In this document: positions 19,192-28,873 of the stretch, piece after piece | Layout: each line of letters begins with the position of its first letter | How positions within the stretch are numbered: the first letter of the stretch is position 1 | Source of the DNA: an uncultured bacterium | GTDB lineage: Bacteria > Auribacterota > Erginobacteria > Erginobacterales > Erginobacteraceae | Direction: 5' to 3' | DNA length: 64,000 nt | Assembly: GCA_963822585.1 (NCBI GenBank) | Contig: CAWGIE010000036.1 | Location: forward strand, 64,001-128,000 | Notes under the pieces: generated by a model | Told to the model about the DNA's origin: nothing | Databases searched by the model: none | What the model saw: only the letters and a program-made list of their open reading frames with translations | Program-made: the position numbers and the translations under genes

Positions 19192-19401
19192 CCCTGCTCG
19201 AAAAGGTTTTCGAGCAGGAAATTCTAAATTCTAATATCGAAATCCTAAATAAATCCTAAATCTCAATGACCAAATGTTCAAAATATCGCCGGGTTTAACC
19301 CCATTGTTTAGGATTTTTTAGTTTTGGTCATTTGAAATTATTTAGGATTTAGTATTTGGATATTAGAATTTGAGAGCTTACGAGCTTTTCGAGTAAGCTC
19401 T
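19192..19401 (-). mobile_element. MITE-like AT-rich palindromic element, copy 2 of 3
   Basis: Reverse-orientation homolog of 13903-14141 (ccctgctcgaaaagg ... gagagcttacgagcttttcgagtaagctct). Confidence 0.75.
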
Positions 19402-19403
19402 AA

Positions 19404-20966
19404 TTATTCCGCTTTATGCAAGCCGTCGCCGTAAGTACGGATCAGATCGCGCTTGAGCTCCCATAATTTTTCGGTCAGGGAAACGTGATAGACGTCGGGG
19501 TCGACCAGGCGAGTCACTCCGCGGTCAAGAGCTTCCAGATCGGCGTCCCGGAGCCGCCGCATATCCTCGATCTCCGGCCGATCATATACGATCTTTCCGT
19601 CCTCCATCACCGTTATTTCCAGAGGTTCGATCTCCGCTATTTCCTCTCTCTTCAGCTTCCGGTATTTCATTTCATCGGTGGGATGACGCAGGACCAGCTC
19701 TTCCGCCGCCCCGGGGTCCTCATCCGCCAGGCCCAGCAGATCGGCAACGGCCTTTCTCCCCCGGCCGTACACCCGCCATGACCGCTTCTCCCCCGGGTTG
19801 GTGGCCTTCTCGGCGTTTTCGGAAAGTTTGAAGGCCGGCTTCCATTCCCCTCCTTCCCTGACCGCGGTCAGCTTATACACGCCGTCCAGCGCGGCGCAGC
19901 CCCCGGAGGTGATCAGCCTGGTTCCCACGCCGTATACGAGGCGCCGCACCAGATGGTCCGGGTCCACCTGGTAGCGGGAGGCTTCCTTCCTGATCCGGGC
20001 GATAATCCGTTGGATGACCATTTCATCGAGCTGGTTGGAGAGAACGATGCCGGCATCCTCGAACCCCGCCTCGTTCAGCATCCGGGCGGCATGGATGCTG
20101 AGATCGGCCAGATCGCCGGAGTCAAGCCGGATCCCGAGCGGACGGTGACCATTCCGGCGCAGCTCCTCGAAGACCGTGACGGCATGGGGAAGGCCGCTGT
20201 TCAAGGTGTCGATCGTGTCCACCAGGAGCAGGCAGTCGTCGGGATAGAGATCGGCGTATGCCCGGAAGGCGTCCAGCTCCGAGCCGCCCAGGGCCTGGAA
20301 TGCCTGGACCATGCTGTGGGCATGGGTGCCTTTGGGAGGGTAGCCGAGCGCGCAGGAAATGCCGGTATTGGAGGTGAAGTCGGCGCCTCCGATCAATGCC
20401 CCCCGGGCGCCGGCGTTGGCCCCTCTTCCCTGGGCGCGCCTCATGCCGAAATCGATCAGAAGGTTTCCTCCCCCGGCCTGCCGGAGGCGGGATGCCTTGG
20501 TGGCAACCAGGGTCTGATAGTTGAGGTGATTGAGCAGCGCCGATTCCAGGATCTGGGCCGCGGCCAGGGGACCCCGGACGACCATTAAGGGGATTGTGGG
20601 ATGGACCACCCGGCCCTCGGGGATAGCCCGGATCGATAACCTCCGGAAGCCGCCGCTCTCCCGGAGCCACTCCAGGAAATCCTTCGCGAAAAGAGGCGAG
20701 CCGTTCCCCCTCTTCTGACTCTCCAGGCAGGCTATTTCCTCCCCCCCGAACTTCGCCTCCCCCATCCAGTCCAGCAGCCACGCCAGGCCGGCATTGATAC
20801 AGTATCCGGCCCGGTGGGACCCGTAATCGGGGCAGCTCCGGAAAAAGTAATCGAACCGGGCTTCTCTTTCATGGAGCCCCGTCCGAAAGTAGAGCTGGGC
20901 CATGGTGAGCTGGTAAAAATCGGTGAAGAGAATATTCCCGGCTATCCGGGAATCCGCGCGGGTCAT
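19404..20966 (-). CDS. pncB: Nicotinate phosphoribosyltransferase
   Basis: [46 protein letters not shown]. Confidence 0.95.
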   Translation of the reverse strand: MTRADSRIAGNILFTDFYQLTMAQLYFRTGLHEREARFDYFFRSCPDYGSHRAGYCINAGLAWLLDWMGEAKFGGEEIACLESQKRGNGSPLFAKDFLEWLRESGGFRRLSIRAIPEGRVVHPTIPLMVVRGPLAAAQILESALLNHLNYQTLVATKASRLRQAGGGNLLIDFGMRRAQGRGANAGARGALIGGADFTSNTGISCALGYPPKGTHAHSMVQAFQALGGSELDAFRAYADLYPDDCLLLVDTIDTLNSGLPHAVTVFEELRRNGHRPLGIRLDSGDLADLSIHAARMLNEAGFEDAGIVLSNQLDEMVIQRIIARIRKEASRYQVDPDHLVRRLVYGVGTRLITSGGCAALDGVYKLTAVREGGEWKPAFKLSENAEKATNPGEKRSWRVYGRGRKAVADLLGLADEDPGAAEELVLRHPTDEMKYRKLKREEIAEIEPLEITVMEDGKIVYDRPEIEDMRRLRDADLEALDRGVTRLVDPDVYHVSLTEKLWELKRDLIRTYGDGLHKAE

Positions 20967-20982
20967 GAAAGCTCTCCTCTGC

Positions 20983-22986
20983 TCACCTGTGCAATACCCT
21001 CTCCAGTTCCTCCTGGAGGCTTTCGAATTTATACGGCTTCTGCAAGAAACCGGCCAGACCGCGGGCGGTATAAAGCCTGGTCACACTTTGCCGGTTATAC
21101 CCGCTGGAAAGAATCACCCGGACATCGGGGTCGACGGCCCGCATTTCTTCCAGGGCGGCCAGGCCGTCCATGCGGGGCATACTCAGATCCAGGATCACGC
21201 AGACGATCTTTTCGGCATTTTCGCGAAAAACCCGGACTGCTTCCTCGCCTTCTTCCGCGGTCAGAACCTGGAACCCCAAACGCTCCACCATCCGCCGGCA
21301 GAGGTTTCTCACCATCTCCTCATCGTCAACCACCAGGATCTGGCCGGAGGCAGCCGCCTTTGCCAGTGAGTCCGGCGCGCGTCTTTTCCGGGGACTTTTT
21401 CCTTTTGCCGCGACGGACGGCGATTCCGCAACGGGAAAGAGAACACTGATCGTGGATCCCTTCCCCTCTTCGCTATCGATCAGGATGGCCCCTTTATGCC
21501 CGCGGACGATCCCCAGGACCGCGGAGAGACCCAGTCCCCGCCCCTGCAGCTTGCTGGTAAAAAAGGGTTCGAAAATATGCGACAGTGTCTCCGGGCTCAT
21601 CCCGCATCCGGTATCGGTCACCTCCAGAACGACAAAGCGGCCCGGTTCCGGTTTCTCCTCCAGGAAGCTCCGGCGGAGGCGCTCCCGATCGACCTTCTCG
21701 AACCGGGTCGAGATGACAACAACGCCGGGGGAATTCTCAACCGCCTCCGAAGCGTTGGTGATCAGGTTCATGACAATCTGCTGGATCTGGCCCGCGTCGG
21801 CGGTGATGGTTGGCAGATCCGGATCAAGATCGAGCCGCAGAGTGGTATTCTTGGGGACAGTGGCCTGCAGAATATGGACGTTCTCTCTCACCAGTTCGCT
21901 GAGATCGATATCTCTGACCACGAACTTCCCCTTGCCCGAATAAGCCAGCATCTGTCGGGTCAGGTCACCCGCCCGCTTGGCCGCCCGGACCGCCTGTTCA
22001 ATGCTGTGACGGGAGGAGGAGACGGGGGAGAGATCCAGAAGGGCCATGTCCAGGTTGCCCAGGATGGCCATCAGCAGATTGTTGAAGTCATGGGCGATGC
22101 CCCCCGCCATCACCCCCAGGCTCTCGAGTTTCTGGGAATGCAGGAGCCGGCGCTCCAGTTCCAGCCGCTCTTTCTCAGACTGCCGGCGGACGGTGATGTC
22201 CCGGACCACGCAGATCATCCCTTCTTCCAGGGCGGTCAGGGAGACTTCCTGGGGAAAAGTGCTCCCGTCCTTCTTCTTCCCCACCGCCTCTCCCCGCCAG
22301 AAGCCTTCTCTCCGAAGCACGGGTATGATCTCCCGCTCGAATCTCCGGAGTTCGTCTTCTTTGTAGAGGGTCCTCCAGGTTTTTCCCAGCAGTTCTTTCG
22401 CGCTCCCGTATCCGTAAATACGGGCATGGGCCTGATTCAAAAAGACATATTTTTCATCCCCGCCCAAAATGGCGATCCCGTCCACGGAGGCTTCGATGGC
22501 CCGGGTCTCCGCCTTCAGTTTCTCCGCCACCCGTTTCTGCTCGGTAACATCCGTGCCGGCGCTGAGCGTCCCGGTGGTCCGGCCGTCGCCATCTTTGAGA
22601 AGCGTGTTGTGCCAGGCGATAATCCTCTCCTCCCCGTCCCCGCGGAGAACACGGTTCTCATGATATTCAATCGCCTCGACCTGCCCGCGCATCAAACTCT
22701 TGAAAACGGCCTTGATCTCTTCCCGGGCGGCGGGGGGAATGAACTCATCGAACCAGTTATGGCCGACGATCTCGTTCTCCGGGCAGCACAGGATCTCGCA
22801 GGCTTTCCGATTGGCCAGCGTCACCACCCCCTCGGAGTCGATCGCCAGGAAGATCACGTTCGCCAGATCCAGGTATCTTTGCGCCTGTTCACACTCCCGG
22901 CGCAGGACTTCCTCCGCCGCGCCATGAGTAAATCTCGATTTTTTTGAGGGCGAATCGCTCATTTCGTCCTTTATTTTATATAACAA
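20983..22986 (-). CDS. PAS-PAS hybrid sensor histidine kinase with C-terminal receiver domain
   Basis: [11 protein letters not shown]-box, NLITNA, DTGCGM, FEPFFT, GRGLGL; receiver LVVDDE/DLSMP/KPY; true start may be ATG 22962. Confidence 0.93.
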   Translation of the reverse strand: MLYKIKDEMSDSPSKKSRFTHGAAEEVLRRECEQAQRYLDLANVIFLAIDSEGVVTLANRKACEILCCPENEIVGHNWFDEFIPPAAREEIKAVFKSLMRGQVEAIEYHENRVLRGDGEERIIAWHNTLLKDGDGRTTGTLSAGTDVTEQKRVAEKLKAETRAIEASVDGIAILGGDEKYVFLNQAHARIYGYGSAKELLGKTWRTLYKEDELRRFEREIIPVLRREGFWRGEAVGKKKDGSTFPQEVSLTALEEGMICVVRDITVRRQSEKERLELERRLLHSQKLESLGVMAGGIAHDFNNLLMAILGNLDMALLDLSPVSSSRHSIEQAVRAAKRAGDLTRQMLAYSGKGKFVVRDIDLSELVRENVHILQATVPKNTTLRLDLDPDLPTITADAGQIQQIVMNLITNASEAVENSPGVVVISTRFEKVDRERLRRSFLEEKPEPGRFVVLEVTDTGCGMSPETLSHIFEPFFTSKLQGRGLGLSAVLGIVRGHKGAILIDSEEGKGSTISVLFPVAESPSVAAKGKSPRKRRAPDSLAKAAASGQILVVDDEEMVRNLCRRMVERLGFQVLTAEEGEEAVRVFRENAEKIVCVILDLSMPRMDGLAALEEMRAVDPDVRVILSSGYNRQSVTRLYTARGLAGFLQKPYKFESLQEELERVLHR

Positions 22987-23173
22987 GACCGGTGACTATA
23001 TGTATAATTCTATCATTTAACATCTTGGCAGGGTAGAATATTATTAAAAGTAATTATTAAAAGTAATCGTTGTTTTTCATTCTGCCTTCTCATTAATCTC
23101 TGTCGTTATTCAAATTTACCTGATTTATCCCGCCCTGCCAGCAGGGGGGAACAACTCAGGGTAAGGAGGATTC

Positions 23174-23722
23174 ATGAAAAAATATCTGCCGGTATTGGTA
23201 ATTTTCAGCCTGATTGTTTTCCTAGGGGCGACCCTCGCGTTTGCGCAGGGGGGAGAGAAGACGTTGCGCTGCTGGCGCTGCGGGAAGAGCTTCACGATCC
23301 CGGCAACTCAGCAGGGGCGGGTAAACTGCCCCTATTGCGGGGCGCCCTGCATGATCAAGATGCCCACACCGGTCCCGACGGTGACCCCGGTCCCCTCCCC
23401 CACGCCGATCCCCGGCCAGGAGCCCGCCTCCATCTCCTGGAAAGAGGGCACGAAACATGTCGGCCAGACCAAATCACTCAAGGGGACAATCGTGGACACC
23501 CACCTCTCCTCCGGGAGCGGGAACCTCTACCTGAACTTCGATCCGGATTACACGACCTACATCTCGATCGAGATCCCGGCTGCAAACGTGAAGAAATTTC
23601 CCGCGGCGGCCGCCAGCCTCTACAAGGGCAAGACCGTGGTCGCGACCGGAAAGATCGTCAAGGAGAAAAAATACACCCGTCTGCTCGTCACCGACCCCGC
23701 CAACCTCTTTATCGTGGAATGA
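23174..23722 (+). CDS. Exported protein: zinc ribbon, Pro/Thr linker, OB-fold-like domain
   Basis: AAGGAGG RBS, signal peptide AFA, CWRC/CPYC, PTPVPTVTP linker, YLNF...YKGKTVVATGKI. Confidence 0.72.
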   Translation: MKKYLPVLVIFSLIVFLGATLAFAQGGEKTLRCWRCGKSFTIPATQQGRVNCPYCGAPCMIKMPTPVPTVTPVPSPTPIPGQEPASISWKEGTKHVGQTKSLKGTIVDTHLSSGSGNLYLNFDPDYTTYISIEIPAANVKKFPAAAASLYKGKTVVATGKIVKEKKYTRLLVTDPANLFIVE

Positions 23723-23785
23723 ACAAGGGAACTCAGGTCACCTGGTTTCAAGTCCCCGGCATTACCAGTAAATCAGGACGGAGCA

Positions 23786-25036
23786 ATGACCGCTGAGGCA
23801 ACCGTTAAGAAAGAATTTCCTCTCAAAACGCTTCTCAGCTTTCTGGGGCCCGGTTTCCTGGTCACGGTCGGGTTTATCGATCCCGGCAACTGGGCGACGA
23901 ACATAGAGGGCGGATCGAAGTTCGGCTATCAACTTCTCTGGGTCATCACCGTCAGCACGATCATGCTGATCGTGATCCAGCACATGGCCGCCAAGCTCGG
24001 TATCGCCACCGGAAAGTCCCTCGCGGTCAACATCCGGGAACGCTTCTCTCCCCCGGTTTCGGCGCTTCTCGGGCTGACGATCGTCGGGGCCTGCGTCGCC
24101 ACCGACGTGGCGGAACTGATCGGAGGAGCGATCGGCTTCAAGCTCCTCTTCGGCATGCCGCTCTGGATGGGCGCCCTGCTCACGGTGTTCCTGGAAGTCT
24201 TCCTGATCGTCAGCCAGAGGTACCATCGGATCGAGGTGGTCATCATCGGCTTTCTGGGGATCATCGGTCTCTGCTATCTGGTGGAGATCCTGATCGTCAA
24301 GCCCGACTGGGGGGTGCTGCTGCCCTCGATGGTCGTTCCCAAGGTCGGCCGCAGCAGCATTTATATCGCCATGGCCATCCTGGGAGCGGTTGTGATGCCC
24401 CACAATATCTTCCTGCATTCCAACGTCATTCACAGCCGGAAGTGGGGCATCTCCGAGGGCGAGAAAATGGCTCTCCTTCGCTACGAGAAAGCCGATACGC
24501 TGGTCGCCATGGTTCTGGGGTGGGTGGTGAACTCGGCGATGATCATCGTGGCCGCCGCCGTTTTCCTGCGCCATCATGTCGTGGTTGACAGCATCGAACA
24601 GGCGTCGGCGACACTGGTGCCTCTGGCCGGTCCGCTGGCCGGTTTGCTCTTCGCCGTCGCCCTCGTCTTTGCCGGCGTCGGCTCGTCGGTGACGTCGTCG
24701 ATGGCGGAGGTTAATGTGATTACCGGATTTCTGGGAAAACCGGAAGACCCGCGGACACTACTCTACCGGATTTCCGTTTTTGTTACGGCGATCCCGTCAC
24801 TCCTGATCATTCTTCTGGCCATGAACACGTTCCGCATTCTGATCTTCAGTCAGGTCGTGCTCAGCATCCAGCTCCCCTTTACCCTTGTTCCCTTGCTGAT
24901 TCTCTGCCGCGACCGCAACCTCATGGGCCGGCTCAGAAGCAGCCGGACTGAATTCGCCGCCGCCGTGATCATCTCCGGTGTCGTCATTGTTCTGAATATC
25001 TACCTGCTCTATTCCACCCTTACCGGGGGAGGCTGA
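23786..25036 (+). CDS. mntH: Nramp family divalent metal transporter
   Basis: GFIDPGNWATN, MPHNIFLHS, SQVVLSIQLPF. Confidence 0.92.
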   Translation: MTAEATVKKEFPLKTLLSFLGPGFLVTVGFIDPGNWATNIEGGSKFGYQLLWVITVSTIMLIVIQHMAAKLGIATGKSLAVNIRERFSPPVSALLGLTIVGACVATDVAELIGGAIGFKLLFGMPLWMGALLTVFLEVFLIVSQRYHRIEVVIIGFLGIIGLCYLVEILIVKPDWGVLLPSMVVPKVGRSSIYIAMAILGAVVMPHNIFLHSNVIHSRKWGISEGEKMALLRYEKADTLVAMVLGWVVNSAMIIVAAAVFLRHHVVVDSIEQASATLVPLAGPLAGLLFAVALVFAGVGSSVTSSMAEVNVITGFLGKPEDPRTLLYRISVFVTAIPSLLIILLAMNTFRILIFSQVVLSIQLPFTLVPLLILCRDRNLMGRLRSSRTEFAAAVIISGVVIVLNIYLLYSTLTGGG

Positions 25037-25037
25037 T

Positions 25038-25449
25038 ATGCAAATATACAAGAAAATTCTGGTCACTATGGACTGCTCTCCCGTAGACGATGCCATCATC
25101 GAGCATATAACGGCCCTGGCGCTTCAAAACCACGCTCAGGTTTACCTTCTGCACGTGGTGCACTCCCACACGCTCGACCAGGAACGCGCGTTGCATGAAG
25201 AAGCTGAAGCAAACTTGAAATCCCGCTGTGAGGTTCTGCGGGCGAAGGGCATCAAGGCCCATATCGTAATCAGAAGCGGCGAGCCGGATACCGAGATACT
25301 GGAAGAGATCGAGAAGAAAAAACTACGACCTGGTGGCCATGGCCACCCACGGCCATACCTTTTTCGGAGACCTCCTCTATGGCAGCGTCTCCCGGACCCT
25401 GAAACACCGGATCAGCATCCCTCTGCTGCTGATCGGCCCCAGCCGCTGA
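25038..25449 (+). CDS. Universal stress protein; +1 frameshift in the poly-A run near 25317-25322
   Basis: YKKILVTMDCS, LLHVV, GEP; alternative frame continues YDLVAMATHGH...YGSVSRTLKHRISIPLLLI to TGA at 25447-25449. Confidence 0.85.
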
Positions 25450-25652
25450 AGTGCGGCCCGGGGCCATTATAAATGCCTGACCACCTGACCCGCTTGACGA
25501 CCATTCCCCCGGTCTTCATTCCCGGTCACTAAAATGCCGCCATCATAATTTCCCCGGGACTGCATCGGAAATAGCCGGTGGTGTGAATCCCGCGGATCAG
25601 CTACCACGGCAGCCGCACGGCAGACCATCCCCCCTCGCGGTTCGGCCGGGCA

Positions 25653-25682
25653 TTGACAATCCCGAAGACTCGTTGATATTAT
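25653..25682 (+). promoter_or_regulatory. Possible sigma70-type promoter
   Basis: TTGACA at 25653-25658, 18-nt spacer, TATTAT at 25677-25682, about 55 nt upstream of the M20 ATG. Confidence 0.45.
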
Positions 25683-25736
25683 CCCGTGATAACTTGGCGC
25701 GCCACGTGCGCGTCTCACCGGGAAGGACCGACCGCC

Positions 25737-26936
25737 ATGCAAGATATACAACCCGAAAAAGTCAAAGCGATTCTGGAGCGTGACCGCCAAAAAATGGTGG
25801 ATTTTCTGCGGGAGATCATCGCCCTGCCGAGCCCCAGCGGCGAGGAGGGGAAAGTGGCCGCGCGGGTGGTGGAAGAGATGAAGACCTGCGGTTTCACCCG
25901 GGCGTTTGTCGACGGTATCGGCAACGCGGTAGGCATGATCGGTTCCGGCCGCCCCGCCATCCTCTTTGATGCCCATATCGATACCGTCGGCATTCGTGAA
26001 CGCGAGCGCTGGGCGTTCGATCCCTACCTTGGCCAGTTCGACGGCACCTATGTGCATGGGCGCGGAGCCGCCGAGAACAAGGGGGCCCTGGCCGCGATCA
26101 TTTACGGGGTCAAGGCAATGGCCGAGGCCGGACTCCTGCGCGGCACGGTCTATGTCACCGGCACCGCGTTCGAGGAGGATTGCGACGGGTTGGGCCTCTG
26201 GTACGCCTTGACCAGGGATGACATCCGCCCCGATGCCGTGGTGATCGGCAAGTTCACCGAACTCAAGGTCATGCGCGGCCAGCGCGGACGGATGGAGATC
26301 AGCATCACCGTCCCCGGGCGCACCTGCCACGCCTCGACCCCCGAGCAGGGGATAAACCCGATCTATGCCGCGCTGCCGCTGCTGGCGGGGATCGAGAAGC
26401 TCAACGGGGAACTGAAAACGGACGAATTCCTCGGCAAAGGCACCGTGGCGGCGACCCAGGTGCTGGTCAAAAGTCCGGGGTTCAACCGCCTGGGCGAGGA
26501 GTTGACCATCTCGGTTGACCGCCGGCTGACGGCGGGTGAAAACCGGGAGACGGCCATCCGCCAGCTGCGGGGACTTCCCGGGGCGGAAAAGGCGTCCATC
26601 GCGGTGCTCACCTATGAGAAACCCGCTTCCACCGGCCTGGTGCAGAAGGTGGAGAAGTATTTCCCCGGCTGGTCGGTGGCCGCCGATTCGCGGGTGGTCG
26701 CGACGGCGGTCGCCGCCTTCCGCGCGGTGATGGGCAGAGCGCCGGAGATCGACAAATGGACCGTCAGCTCCAACGGGGTCTCCTCCTGCGGCCTGCTCGG
26801 CATTCCGACGGTGGGCTTCGGCCCGGGGGAGAAGAAGTACATCCACGGTTACGAGGACCGCATCGCGGTCCGCGACCTGCTGGACGCGGCGGCGGTCTAT
26901 GCCCTCTATCCCTCCGCCTGGATGCCGGCCCGCTGA
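25737..26936 (+). CDS. M20 family metallohydrolase, YgeY-like
   Basis: DAHIDTV, GRG, EEDCDG, GQRGR, HASTPEQGINPI, FLGKGT, GFGPG, H-x-x-E C-terminus. Confidence 0.85.
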   Translation: MQDIQPEKVKAILERDRQKMVDFLREIIALPSPSGEEGKVAARVVEEMKTCGFTRAFVDGIGNAVGMIGSGRPAILFDAHIDTVGIRERERWAFDPYLGQFDGTYVHGRGAAENKGALAAIIYGVKAMAEAGLLRGTVYVTGTAFEEDCDGLGLWYALTRDDIRPDAVVIGKFTELKVMRGQRGRMEISITVPGRTCHASTPEQGINPIYAALPLLAGIEKLNGELKTDEFLGKGTVAATQVLVKSPGFNRLGEELTISVDRRLTAGENRETAIRQLRGLPGAEKASIAVLTYEKPASTGLVQKVEKYFPGWSVAADSRVVATAVAAFRAVMGRAPEIDKWTVSSNGVSSCGLLGIPTVGFGPGEKKYIHGYEDRIAVRDLLDAAAVYALYPSAWMPAR

Positions 26937-27109
26937 CCCGGCGACCGCGGGGGAAACGTCACATATGGACACCTGAGGGGGCTCGGTGAATCAGCGTTGC
27001 CAGAGGGTTTACGACAGGTTTAGCCACCGCTTCTTTTCCGATGGAGGCGGTGGTTTTTTTCTCAACGGGGGACGGATACAGGAGACGACGATACCCTTGG
27101 AGTATGTCA

Positions 27110-28729
27110 TTACCGAGGAGTTCCCTGCAGATGGCTGAGATATTCCCCGGCGGCCTCTTTGACCGTGATCTCCTTTTTGTCTTTTTCAGCCTGGAATATT
27201 TCATCCCCGTAACGACTGCATGCTTTTTCAAGGCATTTCCGGGCGTTGATATGATCGCCGGTTAAGTAATAACATTGGCCGGCCCGGAGGAGAAGATTCC
27301 CCTGGAGTGGAGAGAAGGGATTGTCTTCGATATCCCGGTGGTAATACTCCAGGGCTTGTTCGTACTTTCCCAGCTGCTGGTTTGCATGCCCCAGAGAATA
27401 GAGGATAACATCGTTAAATTCCGAGTCCGGGAACTCATTCAGGAATTGCGAGAAGTATTCCACCGCCTGTTTATAATCTTTCCGGTAACGATAGTTGATC
27501 ATGGCCAGTCTTAATAACGCCTTCTCTTTAATCGTCTCGTCGCCCGATTGTTCCAGCACTTTCTGATATGCTTCCAGCGCCTTGTCGTACCTTCCCAGAC
27601 GCTCTTCATAGATCCGGGCTACTTCCCACCGTCCGAATATATATTCCGGATCCACGCTGAGAGCGCGGTTGATGTTCTCTACCGCCCCGGCATATTCCCC
27701 CTGATCGTAGAGGTCGGCGCCCCGGGCGAAGTACAAAAGAGCCTCTTCCGAGTGGGGATAGATGGCGGCCGCCGGTTTTTCTCCTTTCCTGCTTTCAGAA
27801 AGGGCCTGGGCGATATCCTCAATCATTTTGATCGAAGTATCGAGAACCTCATCCGGGCCGGCTTGATAGTGAAATGCTCTCTCGATTTCGGTGGTATGAA
27901 CATTGATGATTCTTGAATCGATCCGGAACGTATGGTCGTGGAAAGTGAAACAGCCCGCCACCAGAAGGTCGGCCGGGATGAGGTTAAAGGCTAACCCGTT
28001 TTCTCCGGACAAGACCGAGAGAGCGTGTTCCGCCAGGATCCCTTTCAATTGATCTCTCTCCACCACTTTCAGATTTTGTTCCCGGCCTAATCGTTCTTCC
28101 ATCAGATAGATAATGCCCTTTTGCAACGGGTCATATTCCTTGGCGGAAGAATAATTATTGAAGCCGATGACGGCGACTTCCGTTCCGCTGATTTCTCCTT
28201 CCCGTGATTGGGCATTTTTCTTTTTTAATACATTCGGCTCGATTATCCCTTCCCGGAGCAGATCATCCAGGGCGGAGAGCAGCGGATCGAGATCGAAGGC
28301 CGGCAACACTCGTTCGTATATCTCTGTTCCGGCATCCTTCCGGTCGAGCCGGGTAACGGTTAAACGGATCTTTTTTTCACTCCCGTCTCCTTTCATGAAC
28401 TCTCCGGAGATGATCGCGGCGACCGGGGCGGATGGTTTTATCCCGCCTTCCTCTCCCGAGGATAATCCCCGCTCCTTGTTGATCAAATCCGGACGTTGAC
28501 GCTCGAAGAGATCGATGCCCTGGTATTCCGATAAGCGGGAAACGATCAGGTTGAAGGATAGATTGCCGAGATAATCAAGGCGGGTGTATCCGGTCCGGTT
28601 CTCAAAAGGAACGATCGCTATCCGTAAAGGCTGGGCCGGGACATCCATGGGGATGGATATCGTTATTAGGAGAATGAGGAGAATCGGAATCGGCGCTTTA
28701 TAACCCATATAAATATGGTTCACTTCCAT
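27110..28729 (-). CDS. Exported protein with CsgG/TolB_N-like domains and C-terminal TPRs
   Basis: IAIVPFEN, VAVIGFNN...KVVERDQLKGILAEH, RIINVHT; about 5 TPRs; start uncertain (28708 or 28729) because the ORF-track extension to 28855 runs through a REP-like hairpin. Confidence 0.8.
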   Translation of the reverse strand: MEVNHIYMGYKAPIPILLILLITISIPMDVPAQPLRIAIVPFENRTGYTRLDYLGNLSFNLIVSRLSEYQGIDLFERQRPDLINKERGLSSGEEGGIKPSAPVAAIISGEFMKGDGSEKKIRLTVTRLDRKDAGTEIYERVLPAFDLDPLLSALDDLLREGIIEPNVLKKKNAQSREGEISGTEVAVIGFNNYSSAKEYDPLQKGIIYLMEERLGREQNLKVVERDQLKGILAEHALSVLSGENGLAFNLIPADLLVAGCFTFHDHTFRIDSRIINVHTTEIERAFHYQAGPDEVLDTSIKMIEDIAQALSESRKGEKPAAAIYPHSEEALLYFARGADLYDQGEYAGAVENINRALSVDPEYIFGRWEVARIYEERLGRYDKALEAYQKVLEQSGDETIKEKALLRLAMINYRYRKDYKQAVEYFSQFLNEFPDSEFNDVILYSLGHANQQLGKYEQALEYYHRDIEDNPFSPLQGNLLLRAGQCYYLTGDHINARKCLEKACSRYGDEIFQAEKDKKEITVKEAAGEYLSHLQGTPR

Positions 28730-28873
28730 TTTGTGTGGGTGATTATCTATATGATTGATCTTTATCAAACGAAGCCCAGTCCCCTTTTCTCCCTCTCCCC
28801 TTTTAGGGGAGAGGGCCGGGGTGAGGGGTTTGGCATTTTTCTTGGTCGATAGCACGAGCGAGAATAAAACTGA

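Noticed and set aside
23722..23786. yybP-ykoY Mn riboswitch upstream of mntH
   Set aside because: The gap is only about 63 nt and lacks the recognisable conserved core.
3656..26972. Long antisense ORFs (e.g. 3656-4843, 13004-13954, 21496-22947, 25467-26972)
   Set aside because: Shadows of well-supported genes in GC-rich DNA, with no motifs of their own.
28730..28855. N-terminal extension of the CsgG/TPR ORF (PLTPALSPKRGEG)
   Set aside because: Translation of a REP-like hairpin; the signal peptide lies downstream.
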